A stretch of DNA of 64,000 nucleotides. Origin: Azolla caroliniana. Lineage: Eukaryota > Plantae > Polypodiophyta. This document shows, one piece after another, positions 1 to 14,495 of this stretch. Positions within the stretch are counted from its first letter, which is position 1. Every line of letters starts with the position of its first letter. The translations under genes and the position numbers were made by a program. The notes beneath the pieces are model-generated. The model searched no databases. It was not told where the DNA came from and saw only the letters and a program-made list of their open reading frames with translations. The stretch is from positions 12,834,001 through 12,898,000 of the forward strand of contig JBHGNT010000021.1 of the NCBI GenBank assembly GCA_043228905.1, given 5' to 3'.

Positions 1-79
1 TTCAATCCCCATTATGACCATGGTATAATATATATATATTTATGGAATTTTTTTACATCGATGGACATGCCAACATCCC

Positions 80-660
80 TTTCCTTTGACAATGAGTTCC
101 ATGATTTGTAATGCAAGAACTAGGACTTAATTTACAAGGATATCAAAGATGAAATTGAACTACAACTTTTGTAGCATTAGCGAGATTCTCAACAAGCTCC
201 CAAGTTTGACCATTAGGTATATATTAAGTATGTATGTTGTGCATAACTTTGGAATCCAAAATGGTTTTCAATTCATATTCTAGACCATCAACAAGCTCAA
301 CATGAATGGAACTTGAAGCATAAGGTTCTAAAGGTGATGCATGAAACATTGGATGAAGATGCGAATGAAGAGGGAGATTGAGACAAAACACAACCTCATT
401 GATTTGGTTAGTGATAATGGATGGGCCAATTTTCATAATCCAACTTGTTCTAAAGTCAAGTGGTCTTTATGTTACTTCTTAAGATCCATGAACACGATGC
501 CCAACTGGAAACTTAGGTCTTTCAAGATGATGGCGATTTGTGAACTTTGTGTGGCTTGAGCAATTATTTTCAAACAATGGAAAAGAGCAATGTGAACCTC
601 ATGTATTTGAAGTAGACCATTTTTAGCAATTGGATTTTTGGACATTTCTAAATGTTCAAG
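80..660 (-). pseudogene. Decayed chromovirus (Ty3/Gypsy) integrase C-terminus/chromodomain relic
   Basis: ORF 224..436 (KIGPSIIT...LHPMFHASPLEPY...EYELKTILDSK) parallels the GPF/chromodomain region of element E (RLGPFRIT...IHPVFHCSLLEPY...EYEVAAILDSK). Boundaries are approximate. Confidence 0.6.
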
Positions 661-3600
661 CATCGTCCAATGGGGATGACATACTGGGTCACATGGAAAG
701 GTCTACAATGACTCTCACCATTTAATTAAACAAAGGTTAACTACAAATTCTAGACGAACTAACTTGACATGAGATTAGGGCTCATTGTGAATGAGAAGAG
801 ATGCGAAGAGATGCAAAACACAAGAACTGGGTGACATAATGTAAAATAAGGCATCAAAGAATGCCAAAGTTAGAAATAGTTAAAATGTCAACGAAGTATA
901 AAAACAACTTTATTAACATTTATATAAGCAAGAGTTCCATAAATGTCATTATGCATTGACCTCTCTTATTAGCCTACCCTAATATCCATAAGACAATCTA
1001 ATCTTTGTAATTTCTTGAAGAGCACGAGGATGTGTGTATGATAGTGGTTGAGGAACACAAAGGCTTGCTTCGTAATATTCTTTTTTGTGATTTCTTAATG
1101 TTCTTTGTATGTTTGATTTAAGAATGATTAAACAGTAAAGTTAATTCTAGTAGGATATTATCATATTAACTTTTTTTTTGTTTAATATTGAGGTTATGAG
1201 TCTTTAAGAGAGTTCTCTAATGAAAGTTGGTATGCTCAAAGGTGGATTGACACCCAAACTTTGCCTGCACAAAGGAAAGTACTAGTTAGTCATGAGAACA
1301 TGTGACAATCAATAAGCCTACGCCCTTAAGATCGTGTTAAATGATCTTAAGTAGAGCACTAAGAGTTAATGGTAAGAGGTGTGAGCATGACATTCAGGTA
1401 GAATGCAACTCAAGAGACCTTTACACCCCTCTTCAATGCATTGTACTTAAGTATAGCTTTTGGGTTGTTTAACTAGAATTTTCTTGTACTTTTTGTTCTT
1501 ACAAGAGTAGAGAATTGAAGGATAGGTAACACTTGGCAAGTCAATATACACAAGTAGCGTCCAAAGCGTTATCGGCAATAGTGACAAGCCTTGATGTAGA
1601 ACACCGCTTAGGGAAATCTTACTTCCTCTTCCTTCCAAGATGGTAAACAACATATGATAGCTTTTGGCGAGAATAACTTCATTTGTTTTTGTAGCTATTG
1701 TGCTTGCAAAACTTGAGATCGAAGGTTACTCAAAGTGGTAGACTGACATACATGGTTTAAAACTCACACATTGACCCAAGGAGAGCCAAAAATGGTACTT
1801 ATGACTGTCCTACTTGGAAAATGGTTAATTTTGGTTCCACATGTCATATTTGATCTTTGACAATAATAAAATCTATTTCTCACTTCCCAAGTTAGGGTTG
1901 AAATGAGCCTCCATGTAAGTAGAATTTGTAAGTTATTAGGAAAAAACAAAATTGGGCCAATAAATGTAGATTTTATTTGTCTTCTGAAAATTAAAATTGT
2001 TTCCAAGTCTCATGACAATTAAAATTATTTTTGGGTTTTATAATATATGATTTTTAACAAACCAAGATTGAACACATGCAAGCAAATAAACATGAGAAAA
2101 TTTAAATATGTCTCTCATCTAGATCTCATAGTTCAATTCTCACAACAAATTTGGTTGTTTTCAATTAAGCGTTGACATTAGAACTATATAAGTTAGTTGT
2201 GAGTTATAATTGTTTGTTTCATGTGCAAAGGAGGTTTGAGATTTAGTTAGACAAAGAATAACTATCCGTAACACTATTTATATCATCATTCATGAGATCT
2301 AGTTATCTCAATATTCTTTGTTTCAAAAGAATAAGTTGGAAATTGTTCATCTTGATGTACTTCAACATAACATATATTCCTTGGATATGCCAAATACCAT
2401 TGATACTTCAAAACTTTTAACCTCATCATACTATTGATGCTTGAAACCTAGATTCTTGATGTATCATTGTTTTTGAATAAATATTAACATTGAGCTTGAA
2501 ATCCATTCACAACGGCTCCATATACACACACTATATATTTCAAGTCATAGATGAATTTGGCTCAATCCATCCACAAAGAAGAAAATTTGCATCACATTGT
2601 GTTATCCACGTAATGGTTTCTTTATGTTGGGTGTATCTTAAACATTAAATGTTTGAATATTAACCAAACGAATAGAAACTTAGGTTGCTAAGTAATCAAA
2701 CTTGTCCAAACAATTGGGGTTATATCACTTGGAAAAAGAGATGCGAGTAAAGACAAGGTAATAACAAAGATAATCTAGACTTGAACTACCGTATAAACTC
2801 TACCAACACACGTCTCAATCTAAGTTATTACACTTCAAAGGTACACCTTGGATGAATGACTTTTAAAGATCTTAATTATTACCTTGAAGAAACTCTGAAA
2901 TTTACCATCATGTAAATAGATCATCTACTTTACCAATGTATTGTTTGAATGTCGACATTTCTAAATTTTGAATGCCAGCATTATATTAAAAAATAACGAA
3001 TCTCTTGTGAGAGTAAACATGAGTGCTAGATTCACGAGGGTAAAATCTATCTATGAATATTTTGGAGGAACTATCCATGAGTGAAAACATGAGCATAATG
3101 TTTACGTAAGTCTCAAGACTCCCCAACCATAAATATGGTGGGATGACAATGTTCAAACCAATGACTCAATCATCAATCAACGTATCATTTGTTGGAAATC
3201 CTCTCCTCTATATTGAAGTTAAAAAACATGTTATCGTTTAAATTTTATGCCTTGCAATGTATAAGCACTTGTCATAGTTCCAATGCAAAAAGGTGTATGC
3301 ACTTTTTGTGGAATTGAGACATTTTGGCACAAAGTAGACAAAAATGACAATCCGATATGAGCAACAAAAAAGGATATCCAAAAAGCACTCCTACGTCACT
3401 AAACCATTTGAGAGAAAACATTGAACCCGAAGTTTTTAGGTGAAAGTCATAATGGGTTCCCACACTCATTTCCAAATGGCATCAATCTCGTGAGTGCATT
3501 TTTGAGGGCATGCCGTTGGTGAAATAAATTCTTAGGGATCATCTGGTGGTGCACTTATTCATGGATTTTTACAAGAGTAGAGTTGAGTAGCTGATTTCCT

Positions 3601-6600
3601 ATGGCATCAACAAAAAGATGACATGCAATGAACCTCCACAAGAAAAATTTATACATGGGTGTGGAAGAGCATGTACATAAGGGGGAATTCAATCAAAGGT
3701 TTGAAATCATAACCCTTTGATTAAGGGTCAAAGAGTGAACACTATGACAACTAAGGCATTCAAGTTTTCATTTGTTAAAAAGGCCTAGAAACGTTGACAT
3801 CACAATATTAAACTCTATGTAAGTGGATAAGTCCAAAATTTTAATATATGGAGAAATACTATTTTGATGTCCAACGATCTTTTATCTGTTACTCCACTTG
3901 CCTCCTCTCGAGTCTTCTATTGTGCAATTGTTGATGATATGTGTGCTCTCCTCTCTAGTCCAACGAAATGCATGAAGTTCATTTACTAGTTCTTTATGGT
4001 TGCTAAAAGAGTTGTCATTAAATTTATTTAATTACCGAGTACAATTAGTCACAATACAAATTACAAGTGCATCAATAATGCAATGATATAGTACAATGAA
4101 TCTCTTCATAAAATGCAATCAATATCATTTTGCAAGTAGCATGCTTTGCTCTTGCTTAAATAAGCCTTCAAAAGTTGAGATTTTAGAGGATAAATGTCCT
4201 TTCATCACCTATACTACTAACATTTACCCTTTCATATCCTACCTTGTGATGTTTGATAAGTAGCTATTCTATATAGTGTCCATTAGCCCTCACTTCATAC
4301 GATGTACATAATTTATCCACTCTAGAGTGGATCTAGTAATCCTATGTGTAACAACTACACCATGTACTCAAACTTGAATGGTGAAGTTGTCATAAGCATT
4401 CTAGGTAATCCAACAATTAGAATGTGTATTTTAGAATCTGAAATAGATGGATCAGTTGAGTTTTCTTTAAAGTCATGAGTTAAATTGATGGATACACGTT
4501 CATAGTTAATCGTTCTTTATGACGGAGTTCCTATGGGAAGTACTTGAGCCATTGCATAGAAGCCTTGTTGCCTCTTCGATCAATTTACAAAATAAATTAT
4601 CAACAACCAACACTTCATTGTCTCCGTAAGTTAGTTTGCAAGTCTATGTAAATTTAAAGTTTATATGTAGGTTTTCACACCTACCCTTATTTGGTTAGTG
4701 TGGTAATTGCCGACACGATTTGTCTTCATAACACAATCGTAAGCGGTTTGTTTTGACATTGTCTAAGCTCAAGAGATACATTTACTTTTTAATATTTGAG
4801 TTTGAGTTTAACTTTGTCTCGCGCCTCACTCTTCCCAGTTTTATATTGTTGTTGCCCACAAATAGTGACTCGTAAAACTAAAATATGGAAATCGGTAAGT
4901 AGTATATTTGGAAGGCCAGGTGTAAATGCGTGATATGGATGCACATGATCATACACATAATGGATTTTAAGATTAAAAAAATGGAACGCATGGGTTAGGA
5001 TAAAGAATCCTTTTGGCCTACCTTACCAAGACCTTTTGACAACCTTATATGCAACACAACACATATGAGAGTGAATTGTCCCTATACACAACAATGACTA
5101 ATCAAAAACATTCTCAAGGTTAGTTTGATCATCATTTCTTCATAAAGGATGCATAGAATCATGACATTGGCGTGTCTAAATGGGCAGCTCTATGTGCATA
5201 CGTGGAAGTATAGGGGTATATGTATGGTCAACCATGTTGTAGTTATGTGTAGGTACCCTCAAGCATAGAGCATGCTATATATTAGATGATTGGGAGATTA
5301 ATTCATGTCATGTTGATAGTCAAGGTTGTTCCATGATTCACAACGACATGGACAACATAGATGCACAAATCATACATGCCGAGAGGGTGTGCTTCGGCTA
5401 GCAGACACCTATTGTGTAGGGATCAGTTGGTAGCATGGTGAAGTTGATGGTTTCTCAAATGTGACACATAAATATTGGTATGTTAAAGTTTTTCTTCTAC
5501 AAGACAACAAACAAAACATTATGACTAATAGAACTCAAGTTCAATCTCACCTATTTATTATTTTCAACTCTAGGGTCTAGAGGCTTGCAAGCAACTTGTA
5601 TGCTTGAAAGTTCTGAACACCTTTTTGCACGGTTTCTCGAAAGCGGTTTTCTATTGTTTAGTATCCTAATTTTAAAGGGCTTTCTATAAAACCTAAAATC
5701 AAGGACCATTTGAACATGAGGGCAAAGTTCAAATATACCTCTCTCACTAGGGCCAATAGTAAAAGCAACCCGCATAGTACAAGAAATATCATTACATAAT
5801 GTTGTGATGGAGTTGTCAAAACAAATGTCAACCAATAGCAAAGCTAACCAATGTTAATCGAGTACAATCCCGATCATTAAAAAAATGATATTAGTGGCAT
5901 CATTATCGGTAATGGCTACTCAACTACTGTTTATTAGCTTTACTATTTGTTAGCATTCATTTTCATAAAAAGATTTGTTAGATACTTTAAGAAGACAAAC
6001 TACTTTACTTTTTATTATCAAGAATATGTATTGAGTTTAGTCGAATTATGAGGGGGCCTTATTGGTATTGCCCGCATCCAATGATAGAAGAACATATATC
6101 CAAATTTTCTGAAATTTACAAACCCTGTGAAGAAATTTGCTTATAAAGAGCATGTGGGAGGCATTGCCCCGAATGTTATTGGAATAGGGTGAATGCACCA
6201 CACCACACGGTGCGTTGGAGGCGATGTGTCTGTTTCCTCTCGAAAGCATCGCCACTTTTCACGTCGACACTTTTTCAGTGTGCTCTTTTGTTTTTTTACA
6301 CATCTCACATTGTTAAAGTTGCTGATTTTGTTTCTAGGCATATCGTATAGGATAAAGTTGGATGTGGCGTATTGAAACCGCTCTTTGGAGTTTATGGAGG
6401 GAGGAGAAACAATCTTTATGTAAGGGGGTAAGTGTTGTTGGAGGGTTACTGGCCCCGACGAGGAGAGAGGGGCAGGCGAGGAGGTGGCGAGGAGGCATGA
6501 GAAGAAGATATATTTACGTGTCGAGGGAGGGAGAGAAAGGCACCGTGTGGACATGACAACTACCATGAATACGTACGGGGTTTCACACTCCCATGAAATA

Positions 6601-7080
6601 ACTGAGTGAGTGCCATGAGAGAGAGAGAGAGAGAGAAGTTGGTTTCCAATCCCTAACACAATTATTCATGTGAACTTGGCCAAACCCTAAACTCCCTTTT
6701 TTTTCCCCCTTTTTTATTTCTATTTTATTCTCTTTGTTTTGTTTTTCTTAAATAAGAAAAGAAAATCAAAGTCAAGCAAGCCAAGCCAAAAGCATGAAGA
6801 AGAGGAGCAAAAATAATTTACGTAAAATAATGAATGCAAAAAAGGCACTAAAAATAGAAACGAAAAGTTGAATAATAAATAAAAACTAACAATAGGAAAT
6901 GTTATTTATTTATTTATTTAAATTTTTAATTTTTTTAAAAGTCCGACACTTTTTATGGGCCCCACAAAAAAGTGACTTGTCTCCGAGAAAGTAATTAAAA
7001 AAAACAAAAAAACGAAATAATAAATAATAATAAAAGGCAGGAAAAATTCAAAAAAAACAAAAAGAAAAGGAAGGAACCGA

Positions 7081-7171
7081 CCAATGGGAGAAAGGATGAA
7101 ATGGATAGGGTGTCGGGATCGGCCAATCATCCAGCGCCACGTGGACAAACCCCTTCAGATTTTCAGATAAG
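7081..7171 (+). promoter_or_regulatory. Putative light-responsive promoter module of the COL gene (CCAAT x2, G-box, I-box)
   Basis: CCAAT at 7081 and 7123, GCCACGTGG (G-box core 7138-7143) and GATAAG at 7166-7171, clustered upstream of a CTT/CT-rich 5'UTR-like tract at ~7260-7390. Confidence 0.45.
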
Positions 7172-7926
7172 GATCCCCCCCCCAAAAAAAAATAAAAAAC
7201 CAAAATAAATAATTTAAATTGATTAAATAAAAAAAGAAAAGAAAATAAATAAACTCTGTTTCTGCGTCTTCTTCTTCTTCTTCTTCTTTCTTCTTTCTTT
7301 CTTCTTTCTTCTCAATTTCTGCTTCTCCATTTTTGATTTTCCCCTGCGTCGCGATTTCTCTGTTGCTCTGTGTCTCTTCTTCCCTCAATCTGCCGTCTGT
7401 TTCGTCTGAGAGATCCAAAGGGGGAAACAAAACCCTAAACCCTCCTTTTCTTATCAATGAAGAAATGAGCATTGATTGATCCATCTAATGCCATGGCCTC
7501 TTTAATTTGATCACACTTTCTTCTTCCTCTTCCAATTCCGTTCAAATTTTGCTCATTTGCATAGATCACATGGTTTTCCTGTTGTTCTCTTCTTCCCTCA
7601 GCTAAAGGAAAAGCAAATTCACATTTCCGAGCTTAAATCTGTCGAAAAAATCATCAATTTGTCGAAAAAACACATTCAAACTACCCCCCTCAAAAAAAGA
7701 AGAAGAAAAAACAAAAACCCTAAATTTGGATCCCTGTCTACCCTTGCTTGTCCACTAAACAATTGAATTTTAAAAGAGCAATTCTGATGCCTAACAAATA
7801 TACATCACCACAATCACAACTACAGTTACAGTTACAGCAATTGTGAGAACAAGAAGTGTATAAATCTGTCTGTAAAATCTTTCAGCTCGGGAATCAGGCC
7901 ATTCAACCAGCAAACAACAAACAGCC

Positions 7927-10001
7927 ATGGTGCCATCCAAACATGGCATGGGGATCGGTGGAAGAGGAGCGAGAGCATGCGACATGTGCGGGGAGGAGCG
8001 TGCGAGATGGTACTGTGCTGCTGATGAAGCATATCTATGTCAGCGATGTGACATATCCGTACACTCGGCGAACTCTGTCGCGAGAAGACACGACAGGGTG
8101 AAGCTCGGGTCTAACGGAGAGCCCACATTGAAGCTCAAGCCATGCCGTGGTCGACAGAAGCATGTTCATCGGAAGACTAGCAAGAAGAGTACAGTACCAA
8201 CAACAAGCATGTGCTCGGCCCGATTAGATGATAGCCATCACCAGGTGCCCAAGATGATCGATATCAATCCTGATGCTATCACGATAGATATACCCCCCAC
8301 AGACTCCAAGCAATGGCCAAAAGCCTCCACCAAGAAGCGCGCTCGAACCCCTCGGAAGTGTGCCTCGAACCCTAATGTCAATAAACCAATACCCGTCGAC
8401 CCAGAGCTCATCACCGATCCTAACCCTAACTATAGCGCGCCCGTTAAAGAAGAGAAATTCGGTGAGGATGCCATCTTGTTGTACCATCTTTTGGCTATGG
8501 AGGATGAGGAAGACAATCGTATCGGTAATCTGGGTGTGAAAGTGGAGCCATTGAGCCCTTGTTCGACATTAACCTCCAAGGATGTCACCGAATTTAACAA
8601 GGCCGAAGAGAGCGAATCGACGACACATCAAGTGCCCATACTGTGTAATGAACCTCTCTTGCAAGAGCTTATCAACGATATAATGCCTCCCGATGATCTT
8701 ATGGAAAACTTACTGCCATCATGCATTAAGGATGCTAGTTATAGTAATGCAGCCGATCATCACAATCATCATCATCATCATTATTCATCTTATAATAAGA
8801 CCGAGTTCGGATGCTTACAAAGATGTGATTATAATGGTATAGATGGATTAAGTGCATCATCGATATCATCCAAGATGGACACGAATGGCACCTTTCCGGA
8901 AGGTAGTAGTGGCATCGATGAAGAAGGCGAGAGCCTTTTGATCAATGACGAAGACTCAGATATCGATACCTTTGATGTCATGGATCTCTGCTCGAATGCA
9001 AACTTTGGTAATGATGGTGATGATGATGGTGATGGTGATGGTGACGAAGAAGACATGAATGGTTGTGATATTCGAGGGGATTTCCCCGACATGGACATCT
9101 GGAAAGAAGAAGAACCCTGCAACAGCATCTTCGAAGGGAATCCGTTCAAAGGGGAAGGAGAAAGAGGCTTCTTCGACATGGCTTGTGTGAAGATGGAAGA
9201 TCCTGTACTGCAATCGCCGGCAACAATCGCACTGCCACAGGCGCCGCCACAATTGGAGAAGCTTCTGTCATTGAAGCTGGATTATGAAGAAGTTCTCAAT
9301 GCATGGTCTGATAGAGGGTCCTTGTGGCTGAATGGCCAAAGACCACAGATGGTGCCGGACATCCTGTACTTCTATGGACATGTAAGTGCTCCTTTAGGGT
9401 TTAGGGGTTTAAAGCCCTCAAACATTGTCTGTCTAGTCATCTACCACAGAATTGCTGGTGTTGTATCTGGACCCAATGTATACTAAAAATGGTTGCACAA
9501 GATAGTAGTAGAATTTTGGCCAAACGTTTGGTACACCATACTTTGCTTTCACCCTGTGCTGTGTCCATATCTGACTGACTGATGAGGAGGAGGTGTGTAT
9601 ATTGATGATACAGGGGAACTTGCAGGCGCAATATGGTGGAAGATTTATATCAGTGATGGGGGAGTCGGGTGGACTTGCTAGTTATGGCAGCACACGGCAG
9701 GTGGTGCCCGACAGTGGCCGAGAGGCACGCGTAATGCGGTACCGCGAGAAGCGCCGGACGAGGCTCTTCGCCAAGAAGATACGGTATGAGGTCCGCAAGC
9801 TCAACGCAGAAAGACGGCCTCGCATGAAGGTATACATTGAATCAAGCTTTCATGGAGGTTTTTCCATTCCTTTTCTCTTTTCATTGCTTGGGTTTAGTGT
9901 TTAGGGTTTAGAACATCAACTTACATATAGTTGATACCATCATGTCTTATGATTTGCAGGGTCGTTTTGTAAAAAGATCAGAGATCACTACTGCAATGTA
10001 A
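7927..10001 (+). CDS. CONSTANS-like B-box/CCT transcription factor (single B-box, COL16/COL6-type); exons 7927-9381, 9614-9829, 9960-10001; ~570 aa
   Basis: N-terminal B-box [40 protein letters not shown] and an [16 protein letters not shown] motif. The CCT domain [37 protein letters not shown]|GRFVKR is restored by GT-AG phase-0 introns 9382-9613 and 9830-9959. An in-frame alternative acceptor exists at 9625. Confidence 0.92.
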
Positions 10002-10739
10002 AATCTAGAGCTCCAGAGTTTCTTTCTCGAAAGACTCGAAATCATGTGCATACTACTATTCCCAACATGACTCTCAAAAGCAGCAGCAGAAGAAAGGCCA
10101 CCCCAGTTTTGTACTGATATGGGGTTGTCTTTTTTGTTAAGCTTCCATGTAACTTTCCTCTTGTAACCAAACCTTGGCTTGCTCATAGCAAAACCTCTTG
10201 TATTTCATTGTACTCACATGTAGATGAAGAGTATCTCACCCATGGATTACTATCCTTCTCCGCCCCATAGCTGGAGCTTGTATCAAGAGATTTTGATACA
10301 AAATAATAATAAGAGCTGCCTTTCTTCTTTTGCAGTCACATAGTTTTTGCCTGCCTTCTTTTGAAATTTGAAGAGATATGGAACTCTGACAATCACATGG
10401 CAAAGACAAGCAAGGTTTCCTATGATGGACTCTAATTTATATTTGGCAAACCATGATTAAATCTGAATGATAATAATGGTTACAATCGCAAGGTCTCAAG
10501 GTAGGGTATATGTCTTAGGGTTTTTCCTCGTTTGAAAAATGACATGCAAAGGATTTCCAGAAGCATAGCCAGTGTTTCGTTATCAACTCATCATTTATGT
10601 AGACTCTATCACACAGTGCTTAGTTTTTTTACCTAGCTATTGTTCTGTTGTGTCATTACTAGGTTTCCGACAGCTGCTTAACCAACTTTGAGGAAAATTA
10701 TTAGTGGGTGCGATAAGAACAAATGTGAGTGGGGTAGAA

Positions 10740-10918
10740 GAAACATCATACTGACATGTAGCTGAATATCATATCAAGGTAGCGTATGAGCTGAAAATGA
10801 GACATGTAGAAACATCATAATTATGTAAGCTGAATGTCATTTCAAGGTAGAACATGAGCTTAAAGTGAGACACATAGAAACATCATACTGACGTAGCTGA
10901 ATATCAAATCAGGGTAGC
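10740..10918. repeat. Degenerate ~68-bp tandem repeat, ~2.7 copies, downstream of the WEB gene stop
   Basis: GAAACATCATA...GCTGAAT.TCA..TCA.GGTAG recurs at ~10740, ~10809 and ~10877. Confidence 0.75.
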
Positions 10919-11053
10919 AGACCATCCCCAAACACAGTTTTTAAACATCATTCATTAGTTTTAGCTTTCTCAATCTATGTTAGGCCTATCCAATCCAAGT
11001 TACAACCAATCATCGTGAATCAAGGTCAATAAAATATGAAAGTTTTAGACACC

Positions 11054-14000
11054 CTATCCTAGTTCTTGCTTGGCAACACCACCAGAGATCCTGTGGCTCT
11101 TCATCTTGCCAACAAACATACTGATTGATGATAACGGAAACTTCTTCTTCTTCTTGTGATCTCCCTTATCCAAGGCAGCTATTTCTCGAGGAGAAGCCAT
11201 TTTTCCACTATCAAATGATGTGCTCACATGCTCTCCTTGGGGAAGAGAAGAAGTAGCAACCAGTGATTCATAGCTACATATTTGAACCATACCTGCGCTA
11301 TTCTCATGAAGTGTTTCTAATCTACCATCATCATCATCATCATTCCTTTTCCGCCTTTCTATGGCATATCGAGTTGCTTCAGCTTCAGCATTTATCATCG
11401 ATTGTAGTTCTGCTCTTGCATCGGCATTGTCTGTGCACACAACCAAATCATGTTTTCTTTTCCCACCTTCTTCTGCTATCGCCATCTCCCGCAACTTCTG
11501 AGACAAACCCACAAAAGCTTCGTTACAGGAAATCGCCGACTTCAGCTCAGATTTCACTCGCTCAACCTCTGATCTCAAAACCTTGATTTCCGAATCTGAG
11601 ACTTCCTCTCTACTCTTCATATCTGAAAGCTCGGATCGTGCTAATTTCAACTCCATTTCAGCACTATCCAATTTGTCTTGAAGTTCCTTGATAGAAATTC
11701 GTAAAGCTTCTTCATTTTCTATGGCCTTGGTAACCTCCAACTTAGCTATCTTTATTTCTAAAGAATACAGAGGCACATCTCCTACTCTTTCAAGTTTTGT
11801 TAGGGCTTCCATAGCATTACAAAGGTTACTTCTTATCGTTGTGGAATCAGAATCCTTGTCTTGTATTGAGGCTTTTTGCTCATCCATTTCAGCTTGTCTT
11901 GCGGCGAGCAAAGCCTCTCTCTCTCTGTTTGTCTCAACACATGCCATCTTCACCAATAGAAGAGACTCTTTAGTCCCAGATATCTCATTCATGAGTTCCT
12001 CTACTCTTCTCGCAGTTATTTCGGCAGCAATGTTGGCTTCCTCTGTTTGCCTTATCAACGATTCTCGCTCACTTTTCACCACAGACAGCTCTTGTTCCAA
12101 CATTTCTGACCTCCTCAGGGAAGCTTCCAATTTCTCTAAGGTTTCCCGATGATGTTTTGTTTCTTGCTTTAGCTCCTCTAGTGTTTCCCGATGATGCTCT
12201 CTTTCTTGTTTTAACTCTATTTCCCATGGAGCCGGCTTTTCAACTGATCTTTCCTCATTTTCATCATCAGCAATACTGAACCCAGATTTGGGGATTGATA
12301 TGTCTTTTGCATTTATAAATTTGCGAAAATTGTCTATTTCTACCAAAGCTCTTTCCCTCTCTTTCTCGGAATCCAAGAGTTTAGATTTCGTTTTCTGTAG
12401 CTCCTGTTGCAGCTCCTGCAGTTGTGCTTCATTTGCCACCCCATGATTCTTCTACATAGCACAAATCAAAGAAGAAACAAGGGATTGAGAGACGAAGATT
12501 TTTATTCATAACCATGCTCATCACAACAATTTGCATGCATTACAATCAACGAGCAAAAAAGATAGAAGCATCCATTATATACTATGAAGATTTAACAATG
12601 GCACGCACAAATTATAAACAGCTTTTTGTGACACCATTGCGTCCACCTAGTTAGAAACACTCCAGGCTGAAGTTGTTGGATGGTGGAATTTCTTGATGAG
12701 TTGAAAGCCCTGATTCTGGTGTTTTACTGATCCTTCACCTTCGCTGTTGATGATATGGTTTTCCTATAGGATTCATGGGACCATGGCGTTTTATTTTGGC
12801 CCCATATCCGTCCTGGTGGGTTCTTTTCAGGTACAACAATCAGTTAACCCTTAGGTGACTGCCTACTCATGCATTATTTCAATGACGACTTTACACATGG
12901 GATGATCAGGCCACTTGATTTGGGATCTAGGAGAGTGGTTGTCGAGATCGGAACCCAACATGGCAAGATGCCAGTGTATCTTTCTTCTCATTTTCTGTAG
13001 GGTTTGGTAGAAAGATTTTGATTAGAATTTGCAAAGTAAGTCACTCTCACAAAATTATACCATTGGCTGCATGCCAGAGTTAACAATCCGTTTCTTACTG
13101 ATTTCTGTCCTTGCATTCGGTCTCTTGACATAAACCTTGTGTTCAGCTAATCTGTAGGCTGTATTATTCCCAGACAGTTACAACATTGCCTGCTGCTGAA
13201 TTTAATCACTGCTCACTTTTACTTGTATTGGTCTATTAATATAAGCTGCCAGGTTGCTTATTTTTAGTAGAAAACTATTGACACTTACATTGTGCTGGAG
13301 TCACAGGTTCATTTCGTATGTCTCCGCTCAAATTCTCATGATAAATAGTTTGTTTTGCATGTTAGCCTGCACACTGAATATATATTTCTTCGGACAAGTA
13401 CTCTCACTACTGCATAAAACGGATGCAGAATTATTCCATAAGACAGCTTCATCAGACCTGGTCTTTATGCTTACTAGGACTGGATAATTATAGTGAACAT
13501 CCCAATATGTTACCATCTGGAGATATGTACCTATAATAGGCATTGCTAGTATTACTTTGTGGAGTATTTGGAACTTTGTAAGAGTTGGTGCTTCACATTC
13601 TAGATCAGTGACTCCAGCCAACATATGATATAAGCTCACTTATACCTTGAAGAGCTGGTGAAATGGCTCCTCAAGTGCAGCACAGGAATGGCTTGTGTTG
13701 ATACAACTGTGGCCACAGTGACTTGTGGTTGGGTGATTAATGCCCCTGGCAACAGTTGGTGTGGTGGGATTTGTTCTCAGTTGGCCCGCATGTTGCCCTC
13801 GATGGGGTTGTGCTTAGGAATCAGCAATGGGTTTTGGCTTAACAGGTTTGGCCTTGTCCAAACCAAACCAGTTAGGCCTTAACCAGTTTGGAGGTTTTCC
13901 AAACTTGAACCGGTTAAGGCCTAACTCGCATGTTGGCGGGACATTCTCATCTTTGCTGTGTTTAGTCTCCTGGAATGGTGGCATACTGTATATGATTTTA

Positions 14001-14495
14001 CATTATGTGGTTGGCACACAAAAGCGTACTTTTCATGATCATAAATGTGTTCAACACATTCGCATATGCACATTAATCCATGTGCTTAGGACATAAAAGC
14101 ATGCCACTATCTAGAACACATTGTTCAAAGCATCCAATTATATGCATTAACTGCATGTGATTAACACATTAGAGAATGATCTCTACTACCATGTATGTGT
14201 TCAAAATTTGAAACCATACAGTCAATTATCATGTATATGTTCAAAATTTGGCATGCATATACATATGTTAATATAAACCAACATGCACTCTTGCATATAT
14301 GTGTGTATTTATCTGTGTATGCATATATGGTCTTACCTCTTGTGATTTAGTTAGCTTTGCATTATCATCACTACCCTTCTTCTTCTCCCCAAATATCAGG
14401 ACTGCTGCCTTCACATTCTGATAAGGCAAAGTTGTATCTATATCAGCCCTCCTCTGAAGGTATTCACCTTTCGCCCTTGATGCAACTTCTGCCAT
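11054..14495 (-). CDS. WEB family (WEAK CHLOROPLAST MOVEMENT UNDER BLUE LIGHT/DUF827-like) coiled-coil protein; exons 14495-14337 and 12451-11054; ~518 aa
   Basis: Exon 1 has the WEB N-terminal motif RADIDTTLPYQNVKAAVLIFGE. Donor GAG|GTAAGA at 14336 and acceptor TGTAG|AAG at 12452 give a phase-0 join in frame with the 461-aa heptad-rich ORF ending KKKKKFPLSSISMF. A 5'UTR intron is probable, with acceptor near 14537. Confidence 0.8.

Noticed and set aside
2300-5900. Possible ancient Copia-like pol relic on the minus strand
   Set aside because: Only faint motif echoes (e.g. near 2500-2560), with no ORF or boundaries that I can support.
6046-7484. Short ORFs upstream of the COL gene
   Set aside because: Low-complexity promoter/UTR sequence (A-tracts, CTT and GA repeats) without domain signatures.
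7927-9486. 519-aa single-exon ORF as the full COL protein
   Set aside because: It reads through the GT donor at 9382 and lacks the CCT domain, which is supplied by exons 2-3.
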